Made by a program: the position numbers and the translations under genes. A stretch of DNA of 64,000 nt from Arenicellales bacterium (GTDB lineage Bacteria > Pseudomonadota > Gammaproteobacteria > Arenicellales > JAJDZL01). Positions 39,539 through 52,263 of this stretch are shown here, in pieces. The notes beneath the pieces were generated by a model, which saw only the letters and a list, made by a program, of their open reading frames with translations, did no database searches and had not been told where the DNA came from. How positions within the stretch are numbered: position 1 is the first letter of the stretch; every line of letters starts with the position of its first letter. Where the stretch lies: the NCBI GenBank assembly GCA_965213865.1, contig OZ243928.1, positions 2,353,221-2,417,220 on the forward strand. The letters are read 5' to 3'.

Positions 39539-39545
<7 letters not shown>
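39240..39545 (+). CDS. UxaA-family small (SAF-domain) subunit; candidate sulfolactate sulfo-lyase SuyA
   Basis: 101 aa with a SAF-like N-terminal part of altronate-dehydratase-type enzymes (IPLGHKIAL...G..VIKYG..IG). It overlaps the large-subunit gene. Confidence 0.65.
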
Positions 39546-42068
<2,523 letters not shown>

Positions 42069-42079
42069 ACTGAATAAGA

Positions 42080-42841
42080 ATGTCAAATTTATTTGATATT
42101 CAAAATCGAGTGGCAGTGGTAACCGGATCCAGTTCTGGTATCGGTTTAGCGATCAGCGCTGTATTGGCTGCGGCAGGAGCGAAAGTCGTGCTTTTGGCTC
42201 GCCGTGCAGATCTGCTCGAAAGCGCCGCAAAAAAACTGAATGCGCAAGGCGGCCAAACGAGCTGGGTTGCAGCCAATCTGCTTGATCGCGACAGCTACTT
42301 GTCTGTATTCGAAAAAATTTGCGAGTGCTTTGGCTCCCCGCATATCGTTGTGAACGCTGCCGGTGTCAATCTGCGCCAGCCCGCGGAGCAGGTGGATTGG
42401 AGCGGATGGGATACGACTTTGAATTTGAATCTGTCTGCGCCTTTTTTCTTTTCTCGCATGTTTATTGATTCAATGATTGATGCCAGCTGGGGTAAAATCA
42501 TCAACATCGCCTCATTGCAGTCATATCGCGCGTTTGCCAACTCAATTGCGTATGGAGCATCGAAAGGCGGAGTCACGCAACTGACGCGAGCGATGGCTGA
42601 GAGCTGGTCGCGGCACGGCATCTCATGCAATGCGATTGCACCCGGTTTTTTCAAAACCGAATTGACTGCACCGGTATTTTCAGATGCCGTATTAGCCGAA
42701 CAGATGGCACAAAAAACAGCGCTGGGAAGAAACGGACAAATGGATGATCTGACAGGCCCCGTTCTGTTTCTGTGCTCTTCGGCATCCGACTATGTTACTG
42801 GTCAAGTATTGTGTGTAGACGGCGGATTTATGGCCAAGTAA
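42080..42841 (+). CDS. Short-chain dehydrogenase/reductase
   Basis: TGSSSGIG cofactor motif and YGASK catalytic motif. Confidence 0.85.
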   Translation: MSNLFDIQNRVAVVTGSSSGIGLAISAVLAAAGAKVVLLARRADLLESAAKKLNAQGGQTSWVAANLLDRDSYLSVFEKICECFGSPHIVVNAAGVNLRQPAEQVDWSGWDTTLNLNLSAPFFFSRMFIDSMIDASWGKIINIASLQSYRAFANSIAYGASKGGVTQLTRAMAESWSRHGISCNAIAPGFFKTELTAPVFSDAVLAEQMAQKTALGRNGQMDDLTGPVLFLCSSASDYVTGQVLCVDGGFMAK

Positions 42842-42868
42842 TAAATTTATTCCATAAAATATTTTAAT

Positions 42869-43864
42869 ATGAAAGCATTAGTCTATACATCTCCCAATCT
42901 AGTTGAATATCGAGATGAGCCTGAGCCGAACTTGAAAGCGACGGAGGAGTTGATTCGAATTGATGCGACCGGAATCTGCGGATCCGATTTGCATGCGTAT
43001 TTGGGGCACGATGATCGCCGGGTGCCGCCGTTGATTTTAGGCCATGAAGTCAGCGGAACAGTGATGTCAGGGCCACGCTCTGGAAGCAAAGCTGTCTTGA
43101 ACCCTTTGATTACTTGCGGCCGCTGTGATGATTGCATCAGCGGATTGACGAATCTGTGCCGAGAACGCAAGCTGATCGGAATGAATCGGCCCGGTGCATT
43201 TGCAGAAATGATAGCTATTCCAAAGGAAAATATCGTTGAGCTGCAAGGTGATGTCAAAAGCGAGCATGTGGCGATGGCAGAGCCTGCAGCAGTGGCGCTG
43301 CATGCGGTACGCCTTGTTGAGCAAACCGCTTATCGGCCGCTTTCTGAAGGTTCAGCATTGGTCATCGGCGGCGGCGCTGTCGGTGTTTTTTGCGTTTATT
43401 TTCTCCGCGACTATGGCTGCAAGGATATTATGCTTGCCGAGGTCAATCCAGACCGCCGCCGAACGGTGGAACGCACTGGTCTTTGCGAGGTTGTCGATCC
43501 CATACAATCTCGACTCGAAAGCGATTCTTTTGATGCGGTTTTTGACGCAGTCGGGAACGCCAAGACGCGCAATTCCTCGGTAGACGCAGTCAAATCCGGT
43601 GGTGTGATCACTCACATCGGACTCAGCTCGGCCGATGGAGAAATGGATGTGCGTCGCATGACCTTGGCTGAAATCACGTTTATCGGAACCTACACCTACA
43701 CCGCACGTGATTTCCGGGTTGCGGCAGACAAGCTCCACAACTTTGATATTGGTCCATTGGACTGGATTGATGAGCGTCCGCTGAAAGACGGCAATGCCGC
43801 TTTTCAGGATTTGCTTCAAGGTCAGGTTGCCGCGCCAAAGATTATTCTGCGTCCATCGCTTTAG
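42869..43864 (+). CDS. Zinc-dependent medium-chain alcohol dehydrogenase
   Basis: GICGSDLH, GHEVSG, the CGRCDDCISG structural-zinc loop, and the GGGAVG Rossmann motif. Confidence 0.85.
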   Translation: MKALVYTSPNLVEYRDEPEPNLKATEELIRIDATGICGSDLHAYLGHDDRRVPPLILGHEVSGTVMSGPRSGSKAVLNPLITCGRCDDCISGLTNLCRERKLIGMNRPGAFAEMIAIPKENIVELQGDVKSEHVAMAEPAAVALHAVRLVEQTAYRPLSEGSALVIGGGAVGVFCVYFLRDYGCKDIMLAEVNPDRRRTVERTGLCEVVDPIQSRLESDSFDAVFDAVGNAKTRNSSVDAVKSGGVITHIGLSSADGEMDVRRMTLAEITFIGTYTYTARDFRVAADKLHNFDIGPLDWIDERPLKDGNAAFQDLLQGQVAAPKIILRPSL

Positions 43865-43869
43865 CGCTG

Positions 43870-44880
43870 TTGGAGCCAACGATAACGCTAGCCGCAGCCG
43901 AGGCAGCGAACCTCGCACAGCGGGCTATTCATGCTCAAGGGGCACAACTGGAGATCGCCCAGACGGTTGCCGATGCGCTTGTGCTGGCAGACTGTGACCA
44001 GCAATATTCACATGGCATGATTCGTGTACCGTCGTACTGCGAGCAGATGCAAGCCCGCAAAGTCAGCGGCCGGGCCCGAGCGATTGTACGCCTGGTGACA
44101 GCGACTGCAGTTGAAATTGATGTCAACGGCGGATTCGCTTTCCCGGCTCTGAATGCTGCTGTCGAGCAATTGGTTGAGATCAGTGCTTCGCAAGGTATTG
44201 GAATTGCGTCGGTCAGCAGATCGCATCACTGCGGTGTAGCGGGGCATATCGTAGAAAAACTTGCCTGCCATGACTGCATTGGCATGATGTTTGCCAATAC
44301 ACCCAAGGCCATGGCGCCGCCGGGTGGTACGAAAGCGCTGCTGGGAACAAATCCAATTGCATTTGCCTGCCCTGTTGCCGATGCTGAGCCGCTTGTGATT
44401 GACTTGTCTATGTCAACGGTCAGTCGAGGCAGAATTCTAAAGTTTGCCGCTGAAGGCAAACCCGTTCCTATTGGATGGGGCAAAGACAGGGAAGGGCGAG
44501 ATACGACAGAGCCAGGCAAAATCATTGGAGGCGGTACATTGAGTGCGTTTGGCGGTGAGAAGGGGGCAGTATTGGCGCTGCTGGTGGAAATCTTGGCAGC
44601 GGCTTTCACAAATAGCAGATTTGGCTATGAAGCTTCATCTTATTTAGACGGGGAGGGCGGCCCACCAGAAACGGGACAATTTATTCTATGTGCCACCTCG
44701 AATTTATTCGGCAACAATTTTTCCATACGCGTACAGCAGATTTTAGAACAGATGCGCACTCAAAGCGGTGTGCGAATCCCTGGCGCCAGACGCTTTGCAG
44801 CCCGAGCGCTGGCGCAATCGAGGGGGATTGTTTACCAGCGATCATTAATTGATCAGATTAATCAGCTTGCCGGCGGATGA
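43870..44880 (+). CDS. Ldh_2-family (malate/L-sulfolactate-type) dehydrogenase; candidate sulfolactate dehydrogenase
   Basis: 336 aa with SHGMIRVPSY and SRSHHCGVAG segments typical of the Ldh_2 family. It has a non-ATG start. Confidence 0.7.
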   Translation: MEPTITLAAAEAANLAQRAIHAQGAQLEIAQTVADALVLADCDQQYSHGMIRVPSYCEQMQARKVSGRARAIVRLVTATAVEIDVNGGFAFPALNAAVEQLVEISASQGIGIASVSRSHHCGVAGHIVEKLACHDCIGMMFANTPKAMAPPGGTKALLGTNPIAFACPVADAEPLVIDLSMSTVSRGRILKFAAEGKPVPIGWGKDREGRDTTEPGKIIGGGTLSAFGGEKGAVLALLVEILAAAFTNSRFGYEASSYLDGEGGPPETGQFILCATSNLFGNNFSIRVQQILEQMRTQSGVRIPGARRFAARALAQSRGIVYQRSLIDQINQLAGG

Positions 44881-44903
44881 TTCGCCGCAATGGAGTATCA
44901 AGG

Positions 44904-45689
44904 CTAGCTTTGAGCATTCATCAGTTCCACAGCAGGAATCGTTTTTGGATTCGGAGCTTCGGCAAGCGCATTGAACTCAGCGATGATTTCTAGCATCCCG
45001 CTTCTTGAAATAGTCAGCTTATGCTGCTGAAAACTTGGCATCATGTCCAAGAGATTTCTGGCAGAGTGTCCAGGCGAGTTGATGTAATCGTTGCTTTGGG
45101 ATGTATAGATAATTCTATTATCGGCCGTTATTTCAAATATTCCGGGGTGACTGGGTATCATCTCAGTCAGCCAAGAAATGGCATACAAGATCGTACCTTT
45201 GATGCAGTACCGATTCAAGTGTGACATCAGCGATATGGTGGCGCGGCGGCTGAGGTAATTGAACATATCCCAAGCAATAATGACTCTCAATGATGTCCCG
45301 TAGGGAATATTCAGACCGGAGACTAAAGCGTCATCGTAGAGTTCTCTTTCGTCGCTATCGTGACTCATAACGGGCTCATTTTGAAACGGCCGCGAAAACT
45401 CATTAGCAAAGATTATGGTGCTAGTTTCGAATCCCAGCGCATCAACCATTGACTGGGAGGGACCTCCCAAATTCAAAATTATAGGTCGCTGGCCTGATTC
45501 TGCCTCGCCGGCAACGATACTCTGTATAGATTGAATCGCAGTCGATTCAAACGGGGCATCGGCCGCCCAGCGAATAACACGACCATTCTCAGAACCAGCA
45601 AGGTCCTGTTTCTGCTTAAATAATACTCCAAACATCGGAACGCATACCGATCGCGCAACAATATTTTCCGGCAACAGAGCAATGCACAC
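44904..45689 (-). CDS. Hypothetical protein (weak methyltransferase-like glycine motif)
   Basis: 261-aa ORF. PIILNLGGPS and VIIAWDMFNYL faintly recall class I MTase motifs I and IV. The start may be the internal MFGVLF. Confidence 0.4.
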   Translation of the reverse strand: MCIALLPENIVARSVCVPMFGVLFKQKQDLAGSENGRVIRWAADAPFESTAIQSIQSIVAGEAESGQRPIILNLGGPSQSMVDALGFETSTIIFANEFSRPFQNEPVMSHDSDERELYDDALVSGLNIPYGTSLRVIIAWDMFNYLSRRATISLMSHLNRYCIKGTILYAISWLTEMIPSHPGIFEITADNRIIYTSQSNDYINSPGHSARNLLDMMPSFQQHKLTISRSGMLEIIAEFNALAEAPNPKTIPAVELMNAQS

Positions 45690-45798
45690 AAACCAGTGTG
45701 TCTCGCTGGCGCTACATGGCGATGCGAATAAACTCTACCGAGTATAGATCTTTGGCTTGGGCCAAATATTAACTTGATACAGTTGAGTTTGGCCCTGA

Positions 45799-46371
45799 TT
45801 ACGCGGTAAACTGGGGCTTTGAGCCTGCTGCTGGCTGCTGCGCCGCCGGAGGAGCGGTTTGAGCTGGGCGTTTGTGATCGGCATCAGGGGATGGTTCTTT
45901 CGCTTTCCGCGATTCTTCTTTTTTCTTTTGCATCTCAACAGACCCGTTGAACCAGCAGCCTTTATCAAGCACGACATGAGGAGATTTGATATCGCCGGTC
46001 ACCGAACCTGAATCCATAACGTGAGTCAGCTCGATTCCATAAAGATTGCCTTGAACTGTTCCATAGACGATGATTTTTCTTGCCTTGATAGTTGCCTTTG
46101 CGGAACTGGGGTGCTGTATCGTTACGGTATTGTTGGGAAGTTCGATCGTTCCTTCAAAACGTCCTGCAATAGTGATATCTGCCGAGCCTCGGATATCGCC
46201 TGCAAAAGCAATATCGCTGCTGATGTTTGAAGCAGAGCTTGCCTGGGGTATTTTGCCAGCTCGAGGAGCGGGCGCGCCGCTGTCCATTGCTGGAACTCGA
46301 GGCTTGCTCTGAGCCGCTGCCAGTGTCGGCGGCACATCATTACCGTTCTCGTTATTTTTTTTCCACATCAT
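45799..46371 (-). CDS. Bactofilin-family cytoskeletal protein
   Basis: Beta-helical repeat core (IAFAGDIRGSADITIAGRFEGTIEL...IVYGTVQGNLYG...VTGDIKSPHVVLDKGCWFNGSVEM) with a Pro/Ala-rich N-terminus and a Lys/Pro/Ala-rich C-terminal tail. Confidence 0.85.
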   Translation of the reverse strand: MMWKKNNENGNDVPPTLAAAQSKPRVPAMDSGAPAPRAGKIPQASSASNISSDIAFAGDIRGSADITIAGRFEGTIELPNNTVTIQHPSSAKATIKARKIIVYGTVQGNLYGIELTHVMDSGSVTGDIKSPHVVLDKGCWFNGSVEMQKKKEESRKAKEPSPDADHKRPAQTAPPAAQQPAAGSKPQFTA

Positions 46372-46857
46372 TAGTACTCTCCTAAAGCGACCGAATTAGT
46401 TCAGAGAAATTTGCCATACGACAGAATGTAATCTGACTGTACGAATTATATTACGACTGGAGATTTGATAATTAAGAAAAAAGCAAACATCAGACGGCCT
46501 CGAAGAAGGTTCAGCGGCCTTGCGAACTGTTCCGGCAATTGCCAGGACTTATGACGCCGGCTCGTTCACATCAATAACAGAAAAATTGCCTGTCTCTGAT
46601 TTAACTTTACATAATATGCATTATACGAAATTAATGATTGCGGTAGCGGAGCTGGGTCGATTTGCAGCTGACTGTCCAAAGTTTCGGATCCGCTGCGAGA
46701 TGCTGGATTTTTGCATCTGAATTTATATTTTTGCCATAAATTATCATATGTATGACATATATTGTCGTATAAGGTAAATTTTTTATGATTTTCATGATTT
46801 GCAATCAGTTAAAATATCAAGCAAGTTAAATCAGAATCAATAAGTCAGTTAGTTTTT

Positions 46858-47334
46858 ATGATTGTTATGTGGATATTGCTGGCGATATTTTTCGCTTGGC
46901 TCGCATTTGGGAGCCGCAGAAAGAATGGTGGCATTGGCGGCTTTCTCAGTCAGCGCCGGATCACCGGACTGGACGGCAGCGCGTATCTCGTCCGCCGCTA
47001 TCTGCTGCCACGAAACAACTGCCTGAACGTCTACCTGCACACCTTTTTAGGCAGCGATGATGACCGGGCGCTGCACGATCACCCGTGGCATTCGCTCAGC
47101 CTGCTGCTGAAAGGCACACTGATCGAGCACCGTCCGAATGGATCAGCAAATGTTATCAAGGCAGGCAAGTTCTCGTTTCGCTCGCCTGAGTTCCTGCATC
47201 GCATTGAGCTGCCCGAAGACCAGACCGCCGTCACCTTATTTATTACAGGGCCTGTGGTGCGCAAATGGGGATTTGTGTGTCCTCAAGGATGGGTGGCATG
47301 GGACATTTATGGCCGCAACGGCGGCTGTGAGTAG
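46858..47334 (+). CDS. Hypothetical protein with an N-terminal TM helix and an HDHPW motif
   Basis: 158-aa ORF. LHDHPW...LLKG...FLHRIEL suggests a small cupin-like fold. No confident family call. Confidence 0.45.
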   Translation: MIVMWILLAIFFAWLAFGSRRKNGGIGGFLSQRRITGLDGSAYLVRRYLLPRNNCLNVYLHTFLGSDDDRALHDHPWHSLSLLLKGTLIEHRPNGSANVIKAGKFSFRSPEFLHRIELPEDQTAVTLFITGPVVRKWGFVCPQGWVAWDIYGRNGGCE

Positions 47335-47803
47335 GCATTGAGCCTTCGTTCACTTGCATTGCGCGACTCTGATTCTGAGCACGATTTTGTCCCGCTTAAC
47401 ATCCGAATAATCGCATAACCTCATAGGAAATATAGGGTCTATCGGTTTCTGAAATATGCTGAAGCGCCGAAGCATCCTTGGATATAACAAACTGCACCCC
47501 TATTCTCCTCAGTGCGATACGCAAACCGGTACGACAATTACTTTGAAATGTACAACTTCAGTTTCAAGAGAAAAAACAAAAGTCGCGGTAGCATTGGAAT
47601 TGAATCGACTGCCAAATAATTCAGAACACACGTTTTGCTCGCATTTTACTTGCCTTCTTTTCTTGAATGTGATATTCATGTACGCGTACTGACCAAGAGA
47701 TCACACTGCGTATCAGAAATTCAATGTCTCGCAAGGAATTCACGCCAAAAGGCTCAGCTATAAACATCTGCAGCAGACGCGATTCAGGCGCAAAGCTAGC
47801 AGT

Positions 47804-48526
47804 ATGAATCTAGCTCTTCATACAGTTGCAAAGCCTGTCGAGAAGCGTCAGGTAAAAAACGGAATTCCAACCAATGATCTTGTAGTCAGCGCCTACGTTG
47901 AAAGCAATGATCAAATTTTCCCCCGAATTCTTGACCTTTATGTTTCGAAGGGAAGTACAGTGGCCGATGTGACTTTCGGGAAAGGTGTTTTCTGGCGGAA
48001 TATTCCGAAACAGAGTTATGAGCTTTTGGCGACGGATATTCAAGGCGGGATTGATTGTCGAGATTTGCCATATCAGGATGAATCCATTGATTGCGTGGTG
48101 TTAGACCCGCCCTATATGCACTCGCCAGGCGGGACAGCCTATGCTTCGTCTCTTACGCCTTTTGAGAAATACTACAGGAACAACAGGACTAAAAATCAAA
48201 CCGGAAGCAAGTATCACGAGGCCGTCGTGGAATTGTATCGCGCCGCCGGCACAGAAGCGCATCGTGTTTTGCGAAACCGAGGCGTGATAATCGTAAAATG
48301 TCAAGACGAGGTTTGTGCGAATACTCAACGGTTCACTCATGTTGAAATCATTCAGGATTACAGTGAAATGGGATTTGTCGCTGAGGATTTGTTTGTCGCA
48401 GTCCGCATAAATCGGCCAGGTGTAAGTCGCGCTATCCGACAGGTTCATGCGAGGAAAAACCATTCATACTTCTTGGTATTCTGGAAGCGTGATTCTGCGA
48501 AAGGAAAATGGACCCCGCCGAAATGA
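47804..48526 (+). CDS. Site-specific DNA methyltransferase (amino-MTase, DPPY type)
   Basis: Motif I-like VTFGKGVFW followed by catalytic motif IV VLDPPYM. 240 aa. Confidence 0.75.
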   Translation: MNLALHTVAKPVEKRQVKNGIPTNDLVVSAYVESNDQIFPRILDLYVSKGSTVADVTFGKGVFWRNIPKQSYELLATDIQGGIDCRDLPYQDESIDCVVLDPPYMHSPGGTAYASSLTPFEKYYRNNRTKNQTGSKYHEAVVELYRAAGTEAHRVLRNRGVIIVKCQDEVCANTQRFTHVEIIQDYSEMGFVAEDLFVAVRINRPGVSRAIRQVHARKNHSYFLVFWKRDSAKGKWTPPK

Positions 48527-49050
48527 CCGCTTTACGCCTCTTGGCCGACATCATCAAAGAACATTCTCCAAAAGACATTTGGAAAGATTCGCCTGTTGCA
48601 GGTTACAGACGCCTCGGAAATACTAATCGCGGAGAAATCGGTGAGGAATTCCTCCGAAGGTACCTAGCAAAGCGCCACATCATTGCCAGCAACGGCAACC
48701 GAACGTCACGAACTGATCTTCGAATAGATAATGTTCGATTCGAAGTGAAAACTGCGTCACTGGGTGCCAATGGCACATTCCAGTTTAATCATGTTCGTAT
48801 GGACAGGGATTATCACTATCTGCTATGTCTGGGAATCTGTCCCGACAAAATAGTCTTCAACATGTGGCGGAAAAGCATTGTTGCTGAGAGTGAAGCCGGG
48901 ACCTTGGTCCGCATGGCAGAAAGTCAGTGTGTCACGAACAAATTGACCAAGAAACTTGCTGACATGCGACCCATTGAATCGTCGCCGCAACTGCTTATTG
49001 GCACACTTGAACTGGAGGTGAGAAAAGACAACCTCAAAAGCGATGCCTGA
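48508..49050 (+). CDS. Putative type II restriction endonuclease (PD-(D/E)XK)
   Basis: 180 aa overlapping the MTase gene by 19 nt. [17 protein letters not shown] fits D-x(n)-E-x-K. Confidence 0.5.
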   Translation: MDPAEMTALRLLADIIKEHSPKDIWKDSPVAGYRRLGNTNRGEIGEEFLRRYLAKRHIIASNGNRTSRTDLRIDNVRFEVKTASLGANGTFQFNHVRMDRDYHYLLCLGICPDKIVFNMWRKSIVAESEAGTLVRMAESQCVTNKLTKKLADMRPIESSPQLLIGTLELEVRKDNLKSDA

Positions 49051-49138
49051 TTTCGGAGTCGACAGAACTCAAATGCTCAGGTTCACCCTATTCTACGCTT
49101 GACTAGACACTTTAATTTTTGGTCAAAATTATTGATTT

Positions 49139-49921
49139 TCATGAATGTTTCTGCACTGAGAATAAATCCAGATAGTTTTCTGTGGTTATCTCGGCAAGCT
49201 GCTCAAGCTCAAGGCCTTTGAGCGATGCTAAAAATTCAGCTGTGTGCCGGACATAAGCCGGCTGGTTCTGCCTGCCTCGCTTGGGCACCGGCGCCAGATA
49301 AGGCGAGTCGGTTTCAATCAGCATGTGTTCCATCGGAATTTTTCGGGCAACCTCTGCCAGATCAGCAGCATTCCTGAACGTCACAATGCCCGAGAACGAG
49401 ATATAAAATCCTAAATCCATGGCCTGCCTCGCCATCTCATAGTCCCCCGTAAAACAGTGCATCACGCCGCCCGCGTCTTGCGCGCCACAGCGCCTGAGCA
49501 GCCCGATCGTATCTTCCGGCGCGTTCCGACTGTGAACGATGACCGGCTTGCCAACGGCTTTCGCCGCTTCAATGTGCCTTTCAAACCGATCGCGCTGCCA
49601 GCCAAGCTCTCCAGCGCTGCGGAAATAATCCAGACCCGTCTCCCCCACCGCAACAACTCGGTCATCTTTCGCTAAATCAATCAGTCTCTCAACCGTCGGA
49701 TCCGCGCCATCCAGAGTGTTCGGATGAACGCCGACCGATGCAGAAATCTGCTGATAGGCATCACTCAATGCAAGAATATTCGGAAAATCCTCCAGATTCA
49801 CAGCGACACACAGCATATATGCAACGTCTGCCTGACGCGCCTGATCCAGCAGCTCATCCATTCGGCCGCACAGTTCCGGGAAGTCAATATGGCAGTGGCT
49901 GTCAGCAAGTCTCATAGCCAA
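49139..49921 (-). CDS. TatD-family metal-dependent hydrolase (YcfH-like), duplicate copy A
   Basis: SHCHIDF, HPN, and VIVHSRNA...HCFTG motifs. It differs from 53059..53841 at one internal residue (V/I) and the last two codons. Confidence 0.85.
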   Translation of the reverse strand: MAMRLADSHCHIDFPELCGRMDELLDQARQADVAYMLCVAVNLEDFPNILALSDAYQQISASVGVHPNTLDGADPTVERLIDLAKDDRVVAVGETGLDYFRSAGELGWQRDRFERHIEAAKAVGKPVIVHSRNAPEDTIGLLRRCGAQDAGGVMHCFTGDYEMARQAMDLGFYISFSGIVTFRNAADLAEVARKIPMEHMLIETDSPYLAPVPKRGRQNQPAYVRHTAEFLASLKGLELEQLAEITTENYLDLFSVQKHS

Positions 49922-50139
49922 ATAATCTCATATGAACAATTGACAATCATGTTCTATTCATGTCGGATATGGAATATGGGACTGCTCTTTTGCCAGCCCC
50001 TCAATGCGCAAGATGACATCTTCCAAGGCGAGCTGCTTATTCAGCGCGCCGTCCTTAAGACTCCATCTCAGTGTGCCGATATGGTCGTAAATCTCGTAAA
50101 CCCTGCGAGGATCTAACTGCCTGGAAAGCGCAGCGATGG
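49146..50139. repeat. 994-bp direct repeat, copy A (ycfH plus holB 3' end)
   Basis: Colinear with 53066..54059 at a constant offset of 3920. Only 3 mismatches were seen by eye. Confidence 0.9.
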
Positions 50140-50200
50140 CCAAAATGACCTCAGCAGCGGCAGAAGGTTTGCTGAGAGCTGATAAAACTTCTACGATGGA
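49958..50200 (-). pseudogene. 3' fragment of a DNA polymerase III delta' (holB) gene
   Basis: The last 61 codons are identical to holB (bar one synonymous site). Upstream, 50137..50168 matches holB 54309..54340, so about 250 bp are missing. Further upstream there is only protein-level resemblance (GRESIVEVLSALSKPSAAAEVILA vs TRQEATDWLATQHVPSAAAEAILA). Confidence 0.8.
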
Positions 50201-50486
50201 TTCTCTGCCTATCTTGGGTTAAGGTCGAATAATTCGAAGGATTCAAGAACCTTCCCATCATACAAGGTGGCTTGCAGCATAGATCTGCGCAATTTAGCCC
50301 TAAGGTGTTTTCTATTTTCTGTCCCTTCAGGCGGCACTTCAGTACAAGCAATTTCTGCATGTGACCTGTTTTCAGGAAGTGCAGTATCGTATACGGCAAC
50401 CGCCCGCATTCCGTGATAATTGATTTTTCGAATCAACTCAACTGAAATCTCAATAGACCCGCAGTTTTCCTTTTTACCTCCCTCTA

Positions 50487-51259
50487 CTAGGGTGTGTTAA
50501 CGCTACGCAGCGCATCGATGATCAGCGCGAAGACGACGAATCCGAGGTACATGACATCAAGCTTGTCGAAGCGCGAGAACACTCTGCGGAAGCCCTTGAG
50601 CCGCCGGAACAGGCGTTCCACCTCGTTGCGCCGCCGGTACATTTTCCGGTCGTATTCCCAGGGAGAGATGCGGCTGCTCTTCGGCGGCACCACGGGTGTG
50701 AAGCCGAGGTCGGATGCCAGCCGGCGGGTCTCATCGTCCTCATAGGCCCGATCCATGACGAGCGCCGGGCGGCTCGACGGCCTCTCCAGCCGCTTCAGGA
50801 GCTTCCGCCCCTCCGGGGCATCGTGCGCGTTGCCGGGAGAGAGCGCGAAGGCCACGGCGGTCCGATCATCCGCGGCAGCCAGATGAAGCTTGGTGTTCCA
50901 CCCGCCCCGGGACTTGCCGATGCACTGGGTGCCGTTTTTTTTAGCGCCCCCGTGCCGTCGGGATGCACCTTGATGCTAGTGCTGTCAAGGCTCAGGACCT
51001 CGACCCGGATGCGGATCATCCGCTCCCGCTGCAGGTGCTCGAACACGCGGTCCAGGACCCCGTTCCTCGACCACCGGCTCATGCGCGTGTAGATGGTGTG
51101 CCAGTTGCCGAAACGCTCCGGCAGGCCGCGCCACTTGCAGCCGTGCTCGGCCACGTAGAGAATGGCGTTCAGCACCTGCAGGCTCGAGAGGCTGACATTG
51201 CCCCGCTGCCTCGGCAGCAGCGGGGCAATGCGCTCGTACTGTGCCCGTGTAAGTTCCAT
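50487..51259 (-). CDS. IS5-family transposase OrfA/OrfAB (programmed -1 frameshift)
   Basis: Same organisation as copy 1, with the A8 run at 50935..50942 and the stop codon completed by flanking DNA. Confidence 0.85.
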
Positions 51260-51341
51260 TGCCGGTTCCTCCGCTCTGTTCCAGACGACAATCACGGGTG
51301 ATAATTGTATCATATCCAGATCAAATTGTGTTAACAGGCCC
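50490..51341 (-). mobile_element. IS5-family (IS427-group-like) insertion sequence, copy 2, 852 bp
   Basis: Same termini as copy 1, flanked by TA (50488..50489 and 51342..51343). A handful of substitutions distinguish it from copy 1. Confidence 0.9.
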
Positions 51342-51621
51342 TAATTCAGATTCCCGTAAGTTATAGCATTGAAATGAAGTATATTTTTTCCGATCAGTAG
51401 ACATGCCGCCACTCATTCGTTCAAAAAATGTGGGTTCTACGTAACCATCAATTGATACATAGCGCTTAGAAGTAACAACTGCAAGAAGCGTTTCATTATC
51501 ATTTACAGGCCCAGGTGAAAAATCACTTATTGAAACACGTTCACATTCACAGTCTGGATGCTTTTTTCCTAGCTTGTTCCAAAACCCTTTGCCTGATCTA
51601 TCACGATTTTGAAAAAAATTT

Positions 51622-52257
51622 CTACATTCCGTTTTCTTGTTCCCAGTCATCTTGTTCCAGAAAATTCGAAAGTGCCTGCCAAATTCGGCTTGTATCAAAG
51701 TTCTCTATGGCTTGGAAATCTTCTTCGATCAGCCGCATTTCATCACTCCCAAAGTCACAGTACATTAATAATTTTCCATTTCCACTAAAATTAATTTCTA
51801 CATATCCGGCAAGACTGCACCAATACAATACAATCTCCCCATCTGGGCTAGCGGCAGCACTACGCGGTTCTTTTCCAACAAAATGACTCCTGAATTCCTT
51901 CAGAAAAGTTAACGATTGATAAATTGCCGATGATGGAATTTCCTTTGCGCCATCCCCATCCCAATCTTTTTCATAGAAAAAAAACTCTTCAATTCGTGCG
52001 TCAATCTTAGATTTTCTTCGATCATGCTCATAGTTTAACCACAGATGAGCATTTTTCATTAAACTGCTGTTTCGCTCTGCTGATCTATTCACCTTTTTTT
52101 TGTTGATAATTGTCTGCGTAGTTTGTTTTCTGCTAGGTTCGCAAAGTGTATTTGTCCAGTTTATTTGACATTTTGATGTTTCAAAATAATCATCAAAAAC
52201 TGCCCGCACAGTTTGTGCTTCATTAACAGAAGAAAAGGAATAAGGTTCTCTCAGCAT
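51622..52257 (-). CDS. Hypothetical protein (cassette gene B)
   Basis: 211-aa ORF starting 6 nt after the gene A stop. The C-terminal half reads DWDGDGAKEIPSSAI...ASPDGEIVLYW...VEINFSGNGKLLMY. No family assigned. Confidence 0.55.
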   Translation of the reverse strand: MLREPYSFSSVNEAQTVRAVFDDYFETSKCQINWTNTLCEPSRKQTTQTIINKKKVNRSAERNSSLMKNAHLWLNYEHDRRKSKIDARIEEFFFYEKDWDGDGAKEIPSSAIYQSLTFLKEFRSHFVGKEPRSAAASPDGEIVLYWCSLAGYVEINFSGNGKLLMYCDFGSDEMRLIEEDFQAIENFDTSRIWQALSNFLEQDDWEQENGM

Positions 52258-52263
52258 TTTTTA

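Larger units (their letters stand above)
50209..51698 (-). pseudogene. Hypothetical gene (cassette gene C) split by IS copy 2
   Basis: Removing 50490..51341 and one TA joins ...YNLRESEL to VEGGKKENCGSIEISVELIRKINYHGMRAV... in frame. This gives one ORF of 195-211 codons ending at 50209. Confidence 0.8.
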
